64,000 nucleotides of DNA from Gammaproteobacteria bacterium (lineage in GTDB: Bacteria; Pseudomonadota; Gammaproteobacteria; Steroidobacterales; GCA-2729495). The translations under genes were made by a program, and so were the position numbers. Positions 33,432 through 42,000 of this stretch are shown in pieces. The DNA lies in NCBI GenBank assembly GCA_038214295.1, contig JBBQSA010000015.1:174-64173 (forward strand), read 5' to 3'. Each line of letters begins with the position of its first letter. The first letter of the stretch is position 1. The notes under the pieces were generated by a model. The model saw only the letters and a program-made list of their open reading frames with translations, was not told the DNA's origin and ran no database searches.

Positions 33432-34424
33432 ATGCCCGCCAGGAAGAACGCCGCCGTCTCCCGCCGCAAGCTGCTGGCCGCCGGCACCGGCCTCGCAGCT
33501 CTCGCCGCCGCCGGCCAGAGTCCCGCCGCATCATCCGGCAGACCCGGGCGGCTGACGCTGGACCAGAGCCGCTTCCGGATGACCAACACCAGCGTGATGA
33601 CCATCCCGAAGGATCCGCGTCTCGACCTGGACGACCCGGAGACCAACTTCCGGGCCATGCTGAAGCTCCGCGCCGATCTCGCGCAGAAGGACTGCCTCTT
33701 CGCCTTTCCCGGCGTGGCCTGGGCCATGGTGCCCCAGGAGAAAAACTACCGTTGCTTCAAGACCTTCGGCATCGGCGCCTCCCGCATCGAGGAGGTTTCC
33801 GAGGGCTGGCGGATTTACAGCCGGGAGGTCCTCTACTACCTGGACCCGGAAACGGGCGCGATCCTGGACCGCTGGAAGAACCCCTTCCTGGGCGGGCGGG
33901 AAGTGGAAGTTGTGCACGTGGCCAACGACCCGGTGAATGGCGTGTTCGCCCGCCAGGGCAACCCGGTGCTCTCCCCGCCCTACCCCTACGTGTCCGCCGG
34001 CGACGACGTGGTCTTCCAGTGGAACTTCTTCATCTTCAAGCCCGCGGAACTCACCCGCTCCGAGTACCCCTTGTACTCCAGCGGCGACAAGGACCAGCAC
34101 GCGGAGCTGTGGGGTATCAAGGGCCGGAAGAGCGAGATCCTGGACCCGGCCATTACCTCCGCTTCCTGCGTGATGTCCTGGTCACGGGTGGCCGGCTGGC
34201 TGCCGTTCATGGAGATGGGCGCGAGCCCCGGCAGCATGGTATTCCACAGCCACAGCATGAAGCTGATGAATGGGCTCGACGATCTCCCCCGCTACATTCT
34301 CGACTACACGGCGAAGAACTACCCGAAGTACCTCGAAGCCCCGAAGGAATGGACAGGGCCCGTGATGACGTCCACCTTCGGCGAGTTCAAGAAACGGATC
34401 GACGCGCGAAAGAAGCAACCCTGA
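33432..34424 (+). CDS. Tat-exported DUF1838-like protein
   Basis: The ATG at 33432 gives the twin-arginine leader MPARKNAAVSRRKLLAAGTGLAALAAAG, followed by a ~300-aa domain that matches DUF1838 proteins from memory. The upstream 103 codons of the track ORF are shadow. Confidence 0.5.
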   Translation: MPARKNAAVSRRKLLAAGTGLAALAAAGQSPAASSGRPGRLTLDQSRFRMTNTSVMTIPKDPRLDLDDPETNFRAMLKLRADLAQKDCLFAFPGVAWAMVPQEKNYRCFKTFGIGASRIEEVSEGWRIYSREVLYYLDPETGAILDRWKNPFLGGREVEVVHVANDPVNGVFARQGNPVLSPPYPYVSAGDDVVFQWNFFIFKPAELTRSEYPLYSSGDKDQHAELWGIKGRKSEILDPAITSASCVMSWSRVAGWLPFMEMGASPGSMVFHSHSMKLMNGLDDLPRYILDYTAKNYPKYLEAPKEWTGPVMTSTFGEFKKRIDARKKQP

Positions 34425-34468
34425 AAACGGCGCCGGCCTGATAATGCCCTGAATCAGGGAGTCCCTTC

Positions 34469-35803
34469 ATGCCGCCACGACCCGTCCGTCCAGTCCTCCG
34501 GCACCTGCTCGCCGGCGCCTCGCTGCTCGCGCTTGCCACGGTCACCGGACCGGGGCCGGGCAGCGCCCGGGCCGACGTCAGCGTGGAGCCGATATTCGCC
34601 GCCGCCCGCAGCTACACCGCCTACATCAGCACGCGGATCGAGTTGCCCTATGTCGAGGACGAGGCTCGGGCCCTGATCGGTGCCGCCTTCCTCGTGGACC
34701 GGGAGCGGGGCTGGCTGCTGACCAACGGCCACGTGACGGGCCGATCCCCGAGCACCGTACAGGCGGCCTTCATCGACGGACGCACGCGCGCGGCCAGGCC
34801 GCTGTACATCGACCCCCGGCTCGATATCGCGGTGCTGGAACTGAAGGACCGCATTGGGCTGCCGGCCGAGGCGGCCACCATGGACTGCGGCCCGGTACCC
34901 GCCGTGGGCCACCCGGTCGGCGCCTTCGGTCACCCGGAGGACCTGCGCTTCACGGGCACCCGGGGCATCATCTCCGGCTTCACGGCGCGCTTCGGCGAGG
35001 ACCGCCTGCAGACTGACGCGCCCATCAACCCCGGCAATTCGGGTGGCCCGCTGATCAGCCTGGAAAGCGGCAAGGTGGTGGGCATCAACACCGACCAGCT
35101 GGCCGGCGACAAAGTGCAGAACGCCAACTTCGCGGTGCTGGCCCGCCAGGCCTGCCACATCCTGGACCTGCTCCGGGCCGGCAAGGACCCGACGCCGCCC
35201 GACCTTGGCGTCACCTTCTTCGTGGAGAACGACGAGCCCACGCTGACCATCGCCCGGCTGGACGCCGCCGCCGCGGGCTCCGGCCTGCAACGCTACGACC
35301 GGATCGTGGGCGTGAACGGCGAGGCGCTCGACTGGCCCACCGAGGGCGCGCTGCTCGACCGGCTGCGCGGCGCGGCGCCCGGCATGACCCTGCAGGTGGA
35401 ACGGGACGGCAAGCAGGTCACCCTGCGGCCGCCACTGCGCCCGGCGCTGACACCCTTGAAGCGCACGGGCCTGTACGTGGCCGGCGCCCTCTTCTCCGTG
35501 ACCAACCAGCGCCACCTGAACTTCACCGACGTGGACCCGGCGCTGATGGTGCACTTCGTGGAGGACGGCAGCCCGGCCAACGCCGCGGGGCTGCAACTCT
35601 ACGATCACCTGGTGGCGGTGAATGGCCGGCGCGTACGCAGCCTGGACGAGCTGGCCGCCGCACTGAAGGGCCTGCCCGCCGACCAGGTCACGACGCTCGA
35701 GATCCTGCGTCTGGTGGACCGGGAGGACCGCTTTCTGGAAAGCGTGCTCGCGCGGATGGTGGTGGACGAGGTAGAGCCAGTGGGTTACGGGACGCCGCGC
35801 TGA
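34469..35803 (+). CDS. Exported trypsin-like serine protease with two PDZ-like domains (S1C/HtrA-like)
   Basis: 444 aa with a signal peptide ...[17 protein letters not shown]. Catalytic triad context: LLTNGHVTG / DIAVLEL / NPGNSGGPLISL. Two PDZ-like segments (RYDRIVGVNGE, LYDHLVAVNGRRV). Confidence 0.75.
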   Translation: MPPRPVRPVLRHLLAGASLLALATVTGPGPGSARADVSVEPIFAAARSYTAYISTRIELPYVEDEARALIGAAFLVDRERGWLLTNGHVTGRSPSTVQAAFIDGRTRAARPLYIDPRLDIAVLELKDRIGLPAEAATMDCGPVPAVGHPVGAFGHPEDLRFTGTRGIISGFTARFGEDRLQTDAPINPGNSGGPLISLESGKVVGINTDQLAGDKVQNANFAVLARQACHILDLLRAGKDPTPPDLGVTFFVENDEPTLTIARLDAAAAGSGLQRYDRIVGVNGEALDWPTEGALLDRLRGAAPGMTLQVERDGKQVTLRPPLRPALTPLKRTGLYVAGALFSVTNQRHLNFTDVDPALMVHFVEDGSPANAAGLQLYDHLVAVNGRRVRSLDELAAALKGLPADQVTTLEILRLVDREDRFLESVLARMVVDEVEPVGYGTPR

Positions 35804-35807
35804 CGTC

Positions 35808-37190
35808 GTGCGCACACTCCTCGAACGCACCAGCCAGCGCGCCCTCGCCTACCTGGAAGGGCTCGACCGTCGCGCCGTCGCGCCGGACCCCGGCGCCGTC
35901 ACCGCGCTCTCGGCACTGGACGAGCCCTTGCCGTCCGGGCCGACAGACCCGGACGCCGTGCTGGAACTGCTCGATCGCCTCGTCTCACCCGCGACGATGG
36001 CCACGGCGGGCTCGCGCTTCTTCGGCTTCGTGATCGGCGGCGCCCTGCCGACAGCGCTGGCGGCGAACTGGCTGGCGGCCGCCTGGGACCAGAATGCAGC
36101 GCTGGCAAACGTCACGCCGGGGGCGGCACGCCTTGAGGCCGTGGCACTCCGCTGGCTGCTGGACCTCCTCGGCCTGCCCCCGGAATCCGCGGGCGCCTTC
36201 GTCACAGGCGGCACGATGGCGAACTTCACGGCGCTCGCCGCGGCCCGCCATGCGGTGCTGAAGCAGGCCGGCTGGAACGTGGAGGCCGACGGCCTCATCG
36301 GTGCGCCGCCGGTCACGATCATCGTCGGCGCCGAGGTGCACCCGACGCTGCTCAAATCCCTGGGGCTGCTGGGCCTCGGCCGCAACCGGGTCCTGCGGGT
36401 GCCAGCGGATGCGCAGGGCCGGATGATCGCGGCACAACTACCGCGCATCGGCGGCCCCACCATCGTCTGCACCCAGGCGGGCAACGTGAACTCCGGGGCC
36501 TGCGATCCGGTGGGCGAGATCTGCACTCGACTGGCGGGCACTGGCAGCTGGGTCCACGTGGACGGCGCCTTTGGCCTGTGGGCCGCCGCGGTGCCGAAAC
36601 TCCGCCACCTGGTGGCGGGCGTCGCGGCGGCTGACTCCTGGGCGACGGATGCCCACAAGTGGCTCAACGTGCCCTACGACTCGGGGCTCGCCTTCGTCCG
36701 CAACGGTGCGGCGCTCCAGTCCGCCATGGCCATTACCGCGGAGTACCTGCCGAGCGAGAGCCCGGAGCGCAACCCGGCGGACTTCACGCCGGAGCTCTCC
36801 CGGCGGGCGCGGGGCGTGGAGGTCTGGGCCGCGCTGCGCTCGCTCGGCCGGTCCGGCGTGGCGGAACTGGTGGGCGGCTGTGTGCGCCACGCGCAGCGCT
36901 TTGCCGAGGGCCTCAAGGCCGCCGGCTTCGAGGTGCTGAACGAGGTGGTGCTGAACCAGGTGGTGGTGAGCTTTGGCGACGCGGCCCGGAACCAGCGGGT
37001 CATCGCCGCCATCCAGGCCGACGGCACCTGCTGGTGCGGCACGACCGTGTGGCAGGGCCGGCCGGCGATGCGGATCAGCGTGTCGTCCTGGGCGACAACG
37101 GGCGAGGATGTGGAGAAGAGCCTCGCGGCGATTGTGCGGACGGCGGGGCGCCAGGGGCTACCGCCAGCGACCCGCACTAGCGGGCAGTAA
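35808..37190 (+). CDS. Pyridoxal-phosphate-dependent decarboxylase (group II / fold type I)
   Basis: 460 aa with a GTG start 5 nt after the protease stop. PLP-lysine motif: WATDAHKWLNVPYDSGLAFV. GGTMANFTALAAAR block. Confidence 0.75.
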   Translation: MRTLLERTSQRALAYLEGLDRRAVAPDPGAVTALSALDEPLPSGPTDPDAVLELLDRLVSPATMATAGSRFFGFVIGGALPTALAANWLAAAWDQNAALANVTPGAARLEAVALRWLLDLLGLPPESAGAFVTGGTMANFTALAAARHAVLKQAGWNVEADGLIGAPPVTIIVGAEVHPTLLKSLGLLGLGRNRVLRVPADAQGRMIAAQLPRIGGPTIVCTQAGNVNSGACDPVGEICTRLAGTGSWVHVDGAFGLWAAAVPKLRHLVAGVAAADSWATDAHKWLNVPYDSGLAFVRNGAALQSAMAITAEYLPSESPERNPADFTPELSRRARGVEVWAALRSLGRSGVAELVGGCVRHAQRFAEGLKAAGFEVLNEVVLNQVVVSFGDAARNQRVIAAIQADGTCWCGTTVWQGRPAMRISVSSWATTGEDVEKSLAAIVRTAGRQGLPPATRTSGQ

Positions 37191-37617
37191 CGACGCGCGC
37201 CCCCATCGCCGCCAGCACGCCGAGCAATTCCCCCGGCAGGTACTCCCGAGCCCTGGCTCCGATTGCCTCCGGCACCCTGAAGAGTCCCTCCGCCACGCTG
37301 CCGGCAATTGCCGCCACCGTGTCGCTCTCGCCACCGATCGATATGGCATTGCCGTAACTCGAGTACGGTGCGCGGTCCTCCGCGGCGATCCAGCCGTGGA
37401 ACCGCCCACCGTAACCCCGGCCCGGGTAGCGCCGGCACCAGTCCTGCAGGCAGCGGGCCGGGTCTGTATCTCGCAGGAGTGCGTCGGCAAGCGCCACGGT
37501 GCAGACCGTGTCGTCAGTGAAGTCGCAGTCGGGACCGAAGAGCGGGAAGTCCTTGGAGCGGTGATTGTTCCACTCGTAGATGGAACCCACGATGTCGCCA
37601 ACAATTGCGCCGAGCAT
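37177..37617 (-). pseudogene. ADP-ribosylglycohydrolase-family gene with apparent in-frame internal deletion (146 aa instead of ~250)
   Basis: The N-terminal block MLGAIVGDIVGSIYEWNNHRSKDFPLF..FTDDTVCTVALADALL..YPGRGYGGRF..PYSSYGN runs directly into the C-terminal block AISIGGESDTVAAIAGSVAEGLFRVP. The whole middle of the fold is missing. The ORF is intact, so it could still be expressed. Confidence 0.5.
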
Positions 37618-37647
37618 GCCTTGTCCCCTGGGCCTCAATCGCTGTGG

Positions 37648-38169
37648 CTAGCCTGGCTCCGTCGCCCCGCGCAGCGCCTCATGCCAGGCGGCCGCCTTGT
37701 GATCCAGGCGGGCGGCAGCGTTCGCCGGGCTCGTGCTGGGCAGGCGGGCGTAGCGCAGGTCGGGAATCAGGGCCGCGAGGCCGGGCCGGACAAGCCGGGC
37801 GTGCAGCTGCTCCGCCCTGACGCCGTTGAAGAGCACCAGCCGGATGTCCGGGTGGCTCGCGTGAAAGGCGGCGAAGTCGTTCGCCACCGCGTCGCCGGTG
37901 CGGATGTCCGCGTCCATGCTGCCGGGCCGGAAGCAGGAGGCGAGAACGTCCCAGAGCGCAATCCGCCGGTCCTTGAGGATCAGGAGCCGTTGCTCATAGG
38001 GGAGGCTCCGCTTGGCGCCGTAGAGCTCACCCATGATCGCCCAGAAGGCGTTGCGCGGCCGGGCGTAGTACTGCTGCTCCTTCAGCGACAGGGTGCTCGG
38101 CATCGAGCCGAGGATCAGCACCCGGGCATCGGACCGGGCGACCGGGGCGAGGCTGTGACGTACGGACAT
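37648..38169 (-). CDS. DNA-deoxyinosine (hypoxanthine) glycosylase, UDG-superfamily
   Basis: 173 aa: ARVLILGSMPSTLSLKEQQYYARPRNAFWAIMGEL, a typical family-6-like UDG motif. TGATG stop/start overlap with the upstream VWA gene at 38167-38171. Confidence 0.7.
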   Translation of the reverse strand: MSVRHSLAPVARSDARVLILGSMPSTLSLKEQQYYARPRNAFWAIMGELYGAKRSLPYEQRLLILKDRRIALWDVLASCFRPGSMDADIRTGDAVANDFAAFHASHPDIRLVLFNGVRAEQLHARLVRPGLAALIPDLRYARLPSTSPANAAARLDHKAAAWHEALRGATEPG

Positions 38170-39365
38170 CAGCTGCTCCGCCGCGCCAGGGAGCGCGTGG
38201 CCCGGTCGAGCCCGTCCAGCGTCAGCGGGAACATCCGCCCGCCCACCAGCTCCCGCACCACGTTGATGGTGTAGTGGTAGCCCCAGTCGCTTTCCGGCGC
38301 GGGATTGAGCCAGACGGAGCGCTGGTACAGGCTGGTCAGGCGCCGGAGCCAGTCCGCACCAGCCTCGTCGTTCATGTATTCCAGGGAGCCGCCGGGCCGC
38401 AGGATCTCGAAGGGGCTCATCGTGGCATCACCCACGAAGATCAGCCGGTAGTCGTGGTTGAACTTGTGCATCAGGTCCCAGGTGAGCGTGCGCTGGCCGT
38501 GGCGCCGCCGATTGTCGTTCCACACGAAGTCGTAGACGCAGTTGTGAAAGTAGAAGAACTCGAGGTGCTTGAACTCGGCCCGCGCGGCCGAGAAGAGCTC
38601 GGAACACAGCCTGGAGTGCTCGTCCATCGAGCCGCCGATGTCCAGCAGCAGCAGGACCTTCACCGCATTGTGGCGCTCGGGCCGCAGCTTGAGGTCCAGG
38701 AGGCCCGCGTTGCGGGCAGTCTGGTCGATGGTGCCGTCCAGGTCCAGTTCCTCGGCCGCGCCCTCCCGGGCGAAGCGCCGGAGCCGGCGCAGCGCGATCT
38801 TCATATTCCGCGTGCCGAGTTGCACGTCGCCGTCAAGGTTGCGGAACTCGCGCTGGTCCCAGACCTTCACGGCGGACCGGTTGCGGGACTGCTCCTGGCC
38901 GATGCGGATCCCCTCCGGGTTGTAGCCGTAGGCGCCAAACGGCGACCTGCCCGCCGTGCCGATCCACTTGTTGCCGCCCTCGTGGCGCCCCTTCTGCTCC
39001 GCGAGCCGCTCCCGGAAGCGTTTCATCAGCTCGTCCCAGCCGCCCTCGCCCTTCAGGAGGGACTCGATCAGCGCCTTCTCTTCCGGGGACAGGTTCAGCT
39101 CTGCCTGCTTGCGGAGCCACTCCAGCGGGATCTCGTGGCTGGGCCCTGTCGCCGCCTCCACCCCCTTGTAGAAAGCGGCAAAAGCCCGGTCGAACTTGTC
39201 GAAGTTGGTCTCGTCCTTGACGAGCGCCGAGCGAGCCAGCAGGTAGAAGTCGTTGATGTCAGGCCCGATGACGTCGCTTTTGAGCGCCTGCAGCAGCGTC
39301 AGGTATTCCGGGATCGTGACCGGCACCTGGTGTTCGCGGAGCGTCAGGAAGAAGTTGGTGAGCAT
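38169..39365 (-). CDS. VWA-domain protein, CoxE-like partner of a MoxR ATPase
   Basis: 398 aa with the N-terminus MLTNFFLTLREHQVPVTIPEYLTLLQALK typical of CoxE-like proteins. VWA/MIDAS region VLLLLDIGGSMDEH. It follows the MoxR gene by 23 nt. Confidence 0.75.
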   Translation of the reverse strand: MLTNFFLTLREHQVPVTIPEYLTLLQALKSDVIGPDINDFYLLARSALVKDETNFDKFDRAFAAFYKGVEAATGPSHEIPLEWLRKQAELNLSPEEKALIESLLKGEGGWDELMKRFRERLAEQKGRHEGGNKWIGTAGRSPFGAYGYNPEGIRIGQEQSRNRSAVKVWDQREFRNLDGDVQLGTRNMKIALRRLRRFAREGAAEELDLDGTIDQTARNAGLLDLKLRPERHNAVKVLLLLDIGGSMDEHSRLCSELFSAARAEFKHLEFFYFHNCVYDFVWNDNRRRHGQRTLTWDLMHKFNHDYRLIFVGDATMSPFEILRPGGSLEYMNDEAGADWLRRLTSLYQRSVWLNPAPESDWGYHYTINVVRELVGGRMFPLTLDGLDRATRSLARRSS

Positions 39366-39388
39366 GGAAAAAGGGCAGCGTCCCCTTT

Positions 39389-40231
39389 TTAATTATTTCG
39401 ACGCGCCATGAACACGAGACGTTCGAACAGGTGGACATCCTGCTCGTTCTTCAGGAGCGCGCCGTGGAGGGGCGGGATGATGGACTTGCGGTCGTCGGTG
39501 CGCAGCGCTTCCGGGGGGATGTCCTCGGCCAGCAGCAGCTTCAGCCAGTCCAGCAGCTCCGAGGTGGAGGGCTTCTTCTTCAGGCCCGGCACCTCCCGAA
39601 CAGCGAAAAAGGCTTCCAGCGCCTCCTTGAGCAGCGCCTTCTTGATGCCCGGGTAGTGCACCTCGACGATCTGCTCCATCGTTTGCTTGTCGGGGAAGCG
39701 GATGTAGTGGAAGAAGCAGCGGCGCAGAAAGGCGTCCGGCAGGTCCTTCTCGTTGTTACTGGTGATGAACACCACAGGCCGCTGCTTCGCCTTGATGAGC
39801 TGCCGGGTCTCGTAGACGTAGACCTCCATCCGGTCCAGTTCCCGGAGCAGGTCGTTGGGGAACTCGATGTCCGCCTTGTCGATCTCGTCGATCAGCAGGA
39901 CGACCGGCTGGTCGCTCTCGAAAGCCTGCCAGAGCATGCCGGGCACGATGTAGTTGGCGATGTCCTGCACCTTCGGGTCGCCCAGCTGGGAGTCCCGGAG
40001 CCGGGACACCGCGTCGTACTCGTAAAGGCCCTGCTGGGCCTTGGTGGTGGACTTGATGTGCCACTCGAGCAGCGGCATGCCGAGGCCCAGGGCGACTTCC
40101 TCGGCGAGGCGCGTCTTGCCGGTACCGGGCTCGCCCTTGATCAGCAGCGGCCGGCCCAGCGTGATGGCCGCGTTGACCGCGAGCCGGAGATCGTCCGTGG
40201 CGACGTAGGTGCTGGAGCCGGTGAAGCGCAT
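39389..40231 (-). CDS. MoxR-like AAA+ ATPase (CbbQ/NirQ/NorQ/CoxD-like)
   Basis: 280 aa. Walker A: IKGEPGTGKTRLA. Walker B: VLLIDEIDKA. Sensor region VFITSNNEKDLPDAFLRRC. Confidence 0.85.
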   Translation of the reverse strand: MRFTGSSTYVATDDLRLAVNAAITLGRPLLIKGEPGTGKTRLAEEVALGLGMPLLEWHIKSTTKAQQGLYEYDAVSRLRDSQLGDPKVQDIANYIVPGMLWQAFESDQPVVLLIDEIDKADIEFPNDLLRELDRMEVYVYETRQLIKAKQRPVVFITSNNEKDLPDAFLRRCFFHYIRFPDKQTMEQIVEVHYPGIKKALLKEALEAFFAVREVPGLKKKPSTSELLDWLKLLLAEDIPPEALRTDDRKSIIPPLHGALLKNEQDVHLFERLVFMARRNN

Positions 40232-40270
40232 GGGGAGTGGACCCGTGAGGTTTTCCCCAGCTTATAACGC

Positions 40271-40296
40271 GGAAACCCCGCCAAGGCGGGGTTTCC
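40271..40296 (-). terminator. Conserved 10-bp hairpin downstream of PEP-CTERM-like gene 1 (weak terminator or stabiliser, no U-run)
   Basis: Stem ggaaaccccg / cggggtttcc with the loop ccaagg, 25 nt after the stop at 40321. A near-identical element follows the paralog at 42001. Confidence 0.5.
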
Positions 40297-40320
40297 GGTA
40301 GTCGTGGACCTTGGTGGTTG

Positions 40321-40998
40321 CTAGGCGGCGACGCGGCGCCGCAGGACGCCTGCCAGACCGAGCGCGGAACCGAACAGCCAGACGGCAGCCGGCAGCGGCA
40401 CAACCGCGGTGTTGAAGGTGAGGAACGCGTCGAAGGTGCCGAGCTGCAGGCCACTGGAGCCCAGCGACACGCCGCACTGGTCGCTGCCGGTGCCAATCGA
40501 GCAGGTGAGACCCGAGATGACCGGGGTGTTCTGGACCAGCGGCAGGAACGGGGCGGTCAGCACCGGGCCAGCCAGGCCGTTAGCGGCACCAGCCTGCACC
40601 AGCAGGATGCCGCTGCCGAAAGGCAGGCTGATCACCGGGACACCGGTGGCGGAAAAGGTAGAGCCGGCCAGCAGCAGCTCGGCGCCGAAGTTGGCATTGC
40701 CCGTCAGGGTGAGCGTGAAGTCCACGGTCTGGGGACCAACGTTGTACGTAAACGCGCCGGCCACGGGTGCCGCGCCAATCAGGCTGAAGATGGAATTGGT
40801 CGGGCACAGGTTGCCGGTGCCGCAGATCGCCCCCTGGTCGAGGCCCGGGCCGCCGACCACGTTCAGCGTCGTTGCCTGGCTAAGCTGGGGTGCCATAAGG
40901 ACCGCGAGGACCACGGCGATGGCGGCATGGCGCAGCGCGGCGCCTACCACTGTCGACCCGACGTGCTGATGACCGCTACCGAATTCACGTCGTGCCAT
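40321..40998 (-). CDS. Secreted protein with PEP-CTERM/VPLPA-type C-terminal sorting signal (paralog 1)
   Basis: ATG at 40998 behind GGGGAGAAG. Signal peptide ...AIAVVLAVLMAPQLSQA. Gly/Thr/Asn-rich body. Tail: VVPLPAAVWLFGSALGLAGVLRRRVAA. Confidence 0.75.
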   Translation of the reverse strand: MARREFGSGHQHVGSTVVGAALRHAAIAVVLAVLMAPQLSQATTLNVVGGPGLDQGAICGTGNLCPTNSIFSLIGAAPVAGAFTYNVGPQTVDFTLTLTGNANFGAELLLAGSTFSATGVPVISLPFGSGILLVQAGAANGLAGPVLTAPFLPLVQNTPVISGLTCSIGTGSDQCGVSLGSSGLQLGTFDAFLTFNTAVVPLPAAVWLFGSALGLAGVLRRRVAA

Positions 40999-41059
40999 GG
41001 CTATCTTCTCCCCCACTTCGAATTTTCTGTTGTGTATTTTTTTCTGCCGGACGTCGCGC

Positions 41060-41728
41060 TCAGGCGACCTTCCGCCGCCGGATCAGCGGCAGCCCGGCGA
41101 GCGCGGAAGCAAATAACAGCGCGGCGGCGGGCACGGGTACAACCCCAGTGAACAGCACGTCGGCCTTCAACGTTGCGAAACCCCCGCCGAGGATCGGCGG
41201 TATAGCGAACAACCCGAGGGTGATGCCGTTGAGCCCGAGCGTCCCGCCGGACGTGTTGATCTGGCCCGTCAGGCTGGGATTGACCTGCGCGAGCGGCGTC
41301 GGGAGCTGGTTGATGGCGCCGGTGAGCGAGTAGATGCCCGTGACATCAAGCGGCCCGACGGAATAGAAGTACGGATTCGAACCGACGGTCGGGACGATGT
41401 CCCCATAGCCCGTGCCAGGCACCACATTGAAATTGCTGATAGTGAGCGTGGTACCCAGCAGGAGGCCGGCCCCAAGGACGTTGGCAGCGGGCACCCGCTG
41501 GAACTGGAACGACGTCAGTTGCGGGATCGCGGCGTCAAACGTTACCTGGGTCCCGGTCAGCGCGATCGTGGACCCCGGCTGCAAGAGGTTGCTGGCGCCG
41601 TAGATCAGACTGAGCGTCGCCTGGCCGCTGGCGAAGTTGTAGGTGACAGGTGCGGCCTGCGTGCTGTTCATCGCGCCGAAAATGCCGAGCGCAGCAGCGA
41701 CTGCTGTCAGTGTGGTCTTCAGATTCAT
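41060..41728 (-). CDS. Secreted protein with PEP-CTERM/VPLPA-type C-terminal sorting signal (paralog 2)
   Basis: The ATG at 41728 gives MNLKTTLTAVAAALGIFGAMNSTQA. Tail: VVPVPAAALLFASALAGLPLIRRRKVA. Confidence 0.75.
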   Translation of the reverse strand: MNLKTTLTAVAAALGIFGAMNSTQAAPVTYNFASGQATLSLIYGASNLLQPGSTIALTGTQVTFDAAIPQLTSFQFQRVPAANVLGAGLLLGTTLTISNFNVVPGTGYGDIVPTVGSNPYFYSVGPLDVTGIYSLTGAINQLPTPLAQVNPSLTGQINTSGGTLGLNGITLGLFAIPPILGGGFATLKADVLFTGVVPVPAAALLFASALAGLPLIRRRKVA

Positions 41729-41953
41729 TGTGGATTTTCCCCGCTGTAACTTTTTTTCTGTGGGTAAGTTCGGGACCCGCCCACACCGGACCCGGAACAC
41801 AGCAAGAATATGGACCTTCGGTAATGACAAAGCAATCCGTTTAATTCGTTCCAGGGCGGTATTTTTTGCTTGTCATAACGCGGTTTCCGGCAGCCGGCGC
41901 CAGGGACGTGGATGGCGCTGCAAAGTGGAGTTTTGCTCTCCCCACAAACGCGA

Positions 41954-41975
41954 AAACCCCGCCGAGGCGGGGTTT
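41954..41975 (-). terminator. Conserved hairpin downstream of PEP-CTERM-like gene 3
   Basis: Stem aaaccccg / cggggttt with the loop ccgagg (formally arms aaaccccgcc / ggcggggttt). The minus strand continues UUCGCGUUUGUGG. It is homologous to the element at 40271-40296. Confidence 0.5.
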
Positions 41976-42000
41976 CCGGTAGTCGAAGCCTTGCGAAAGG

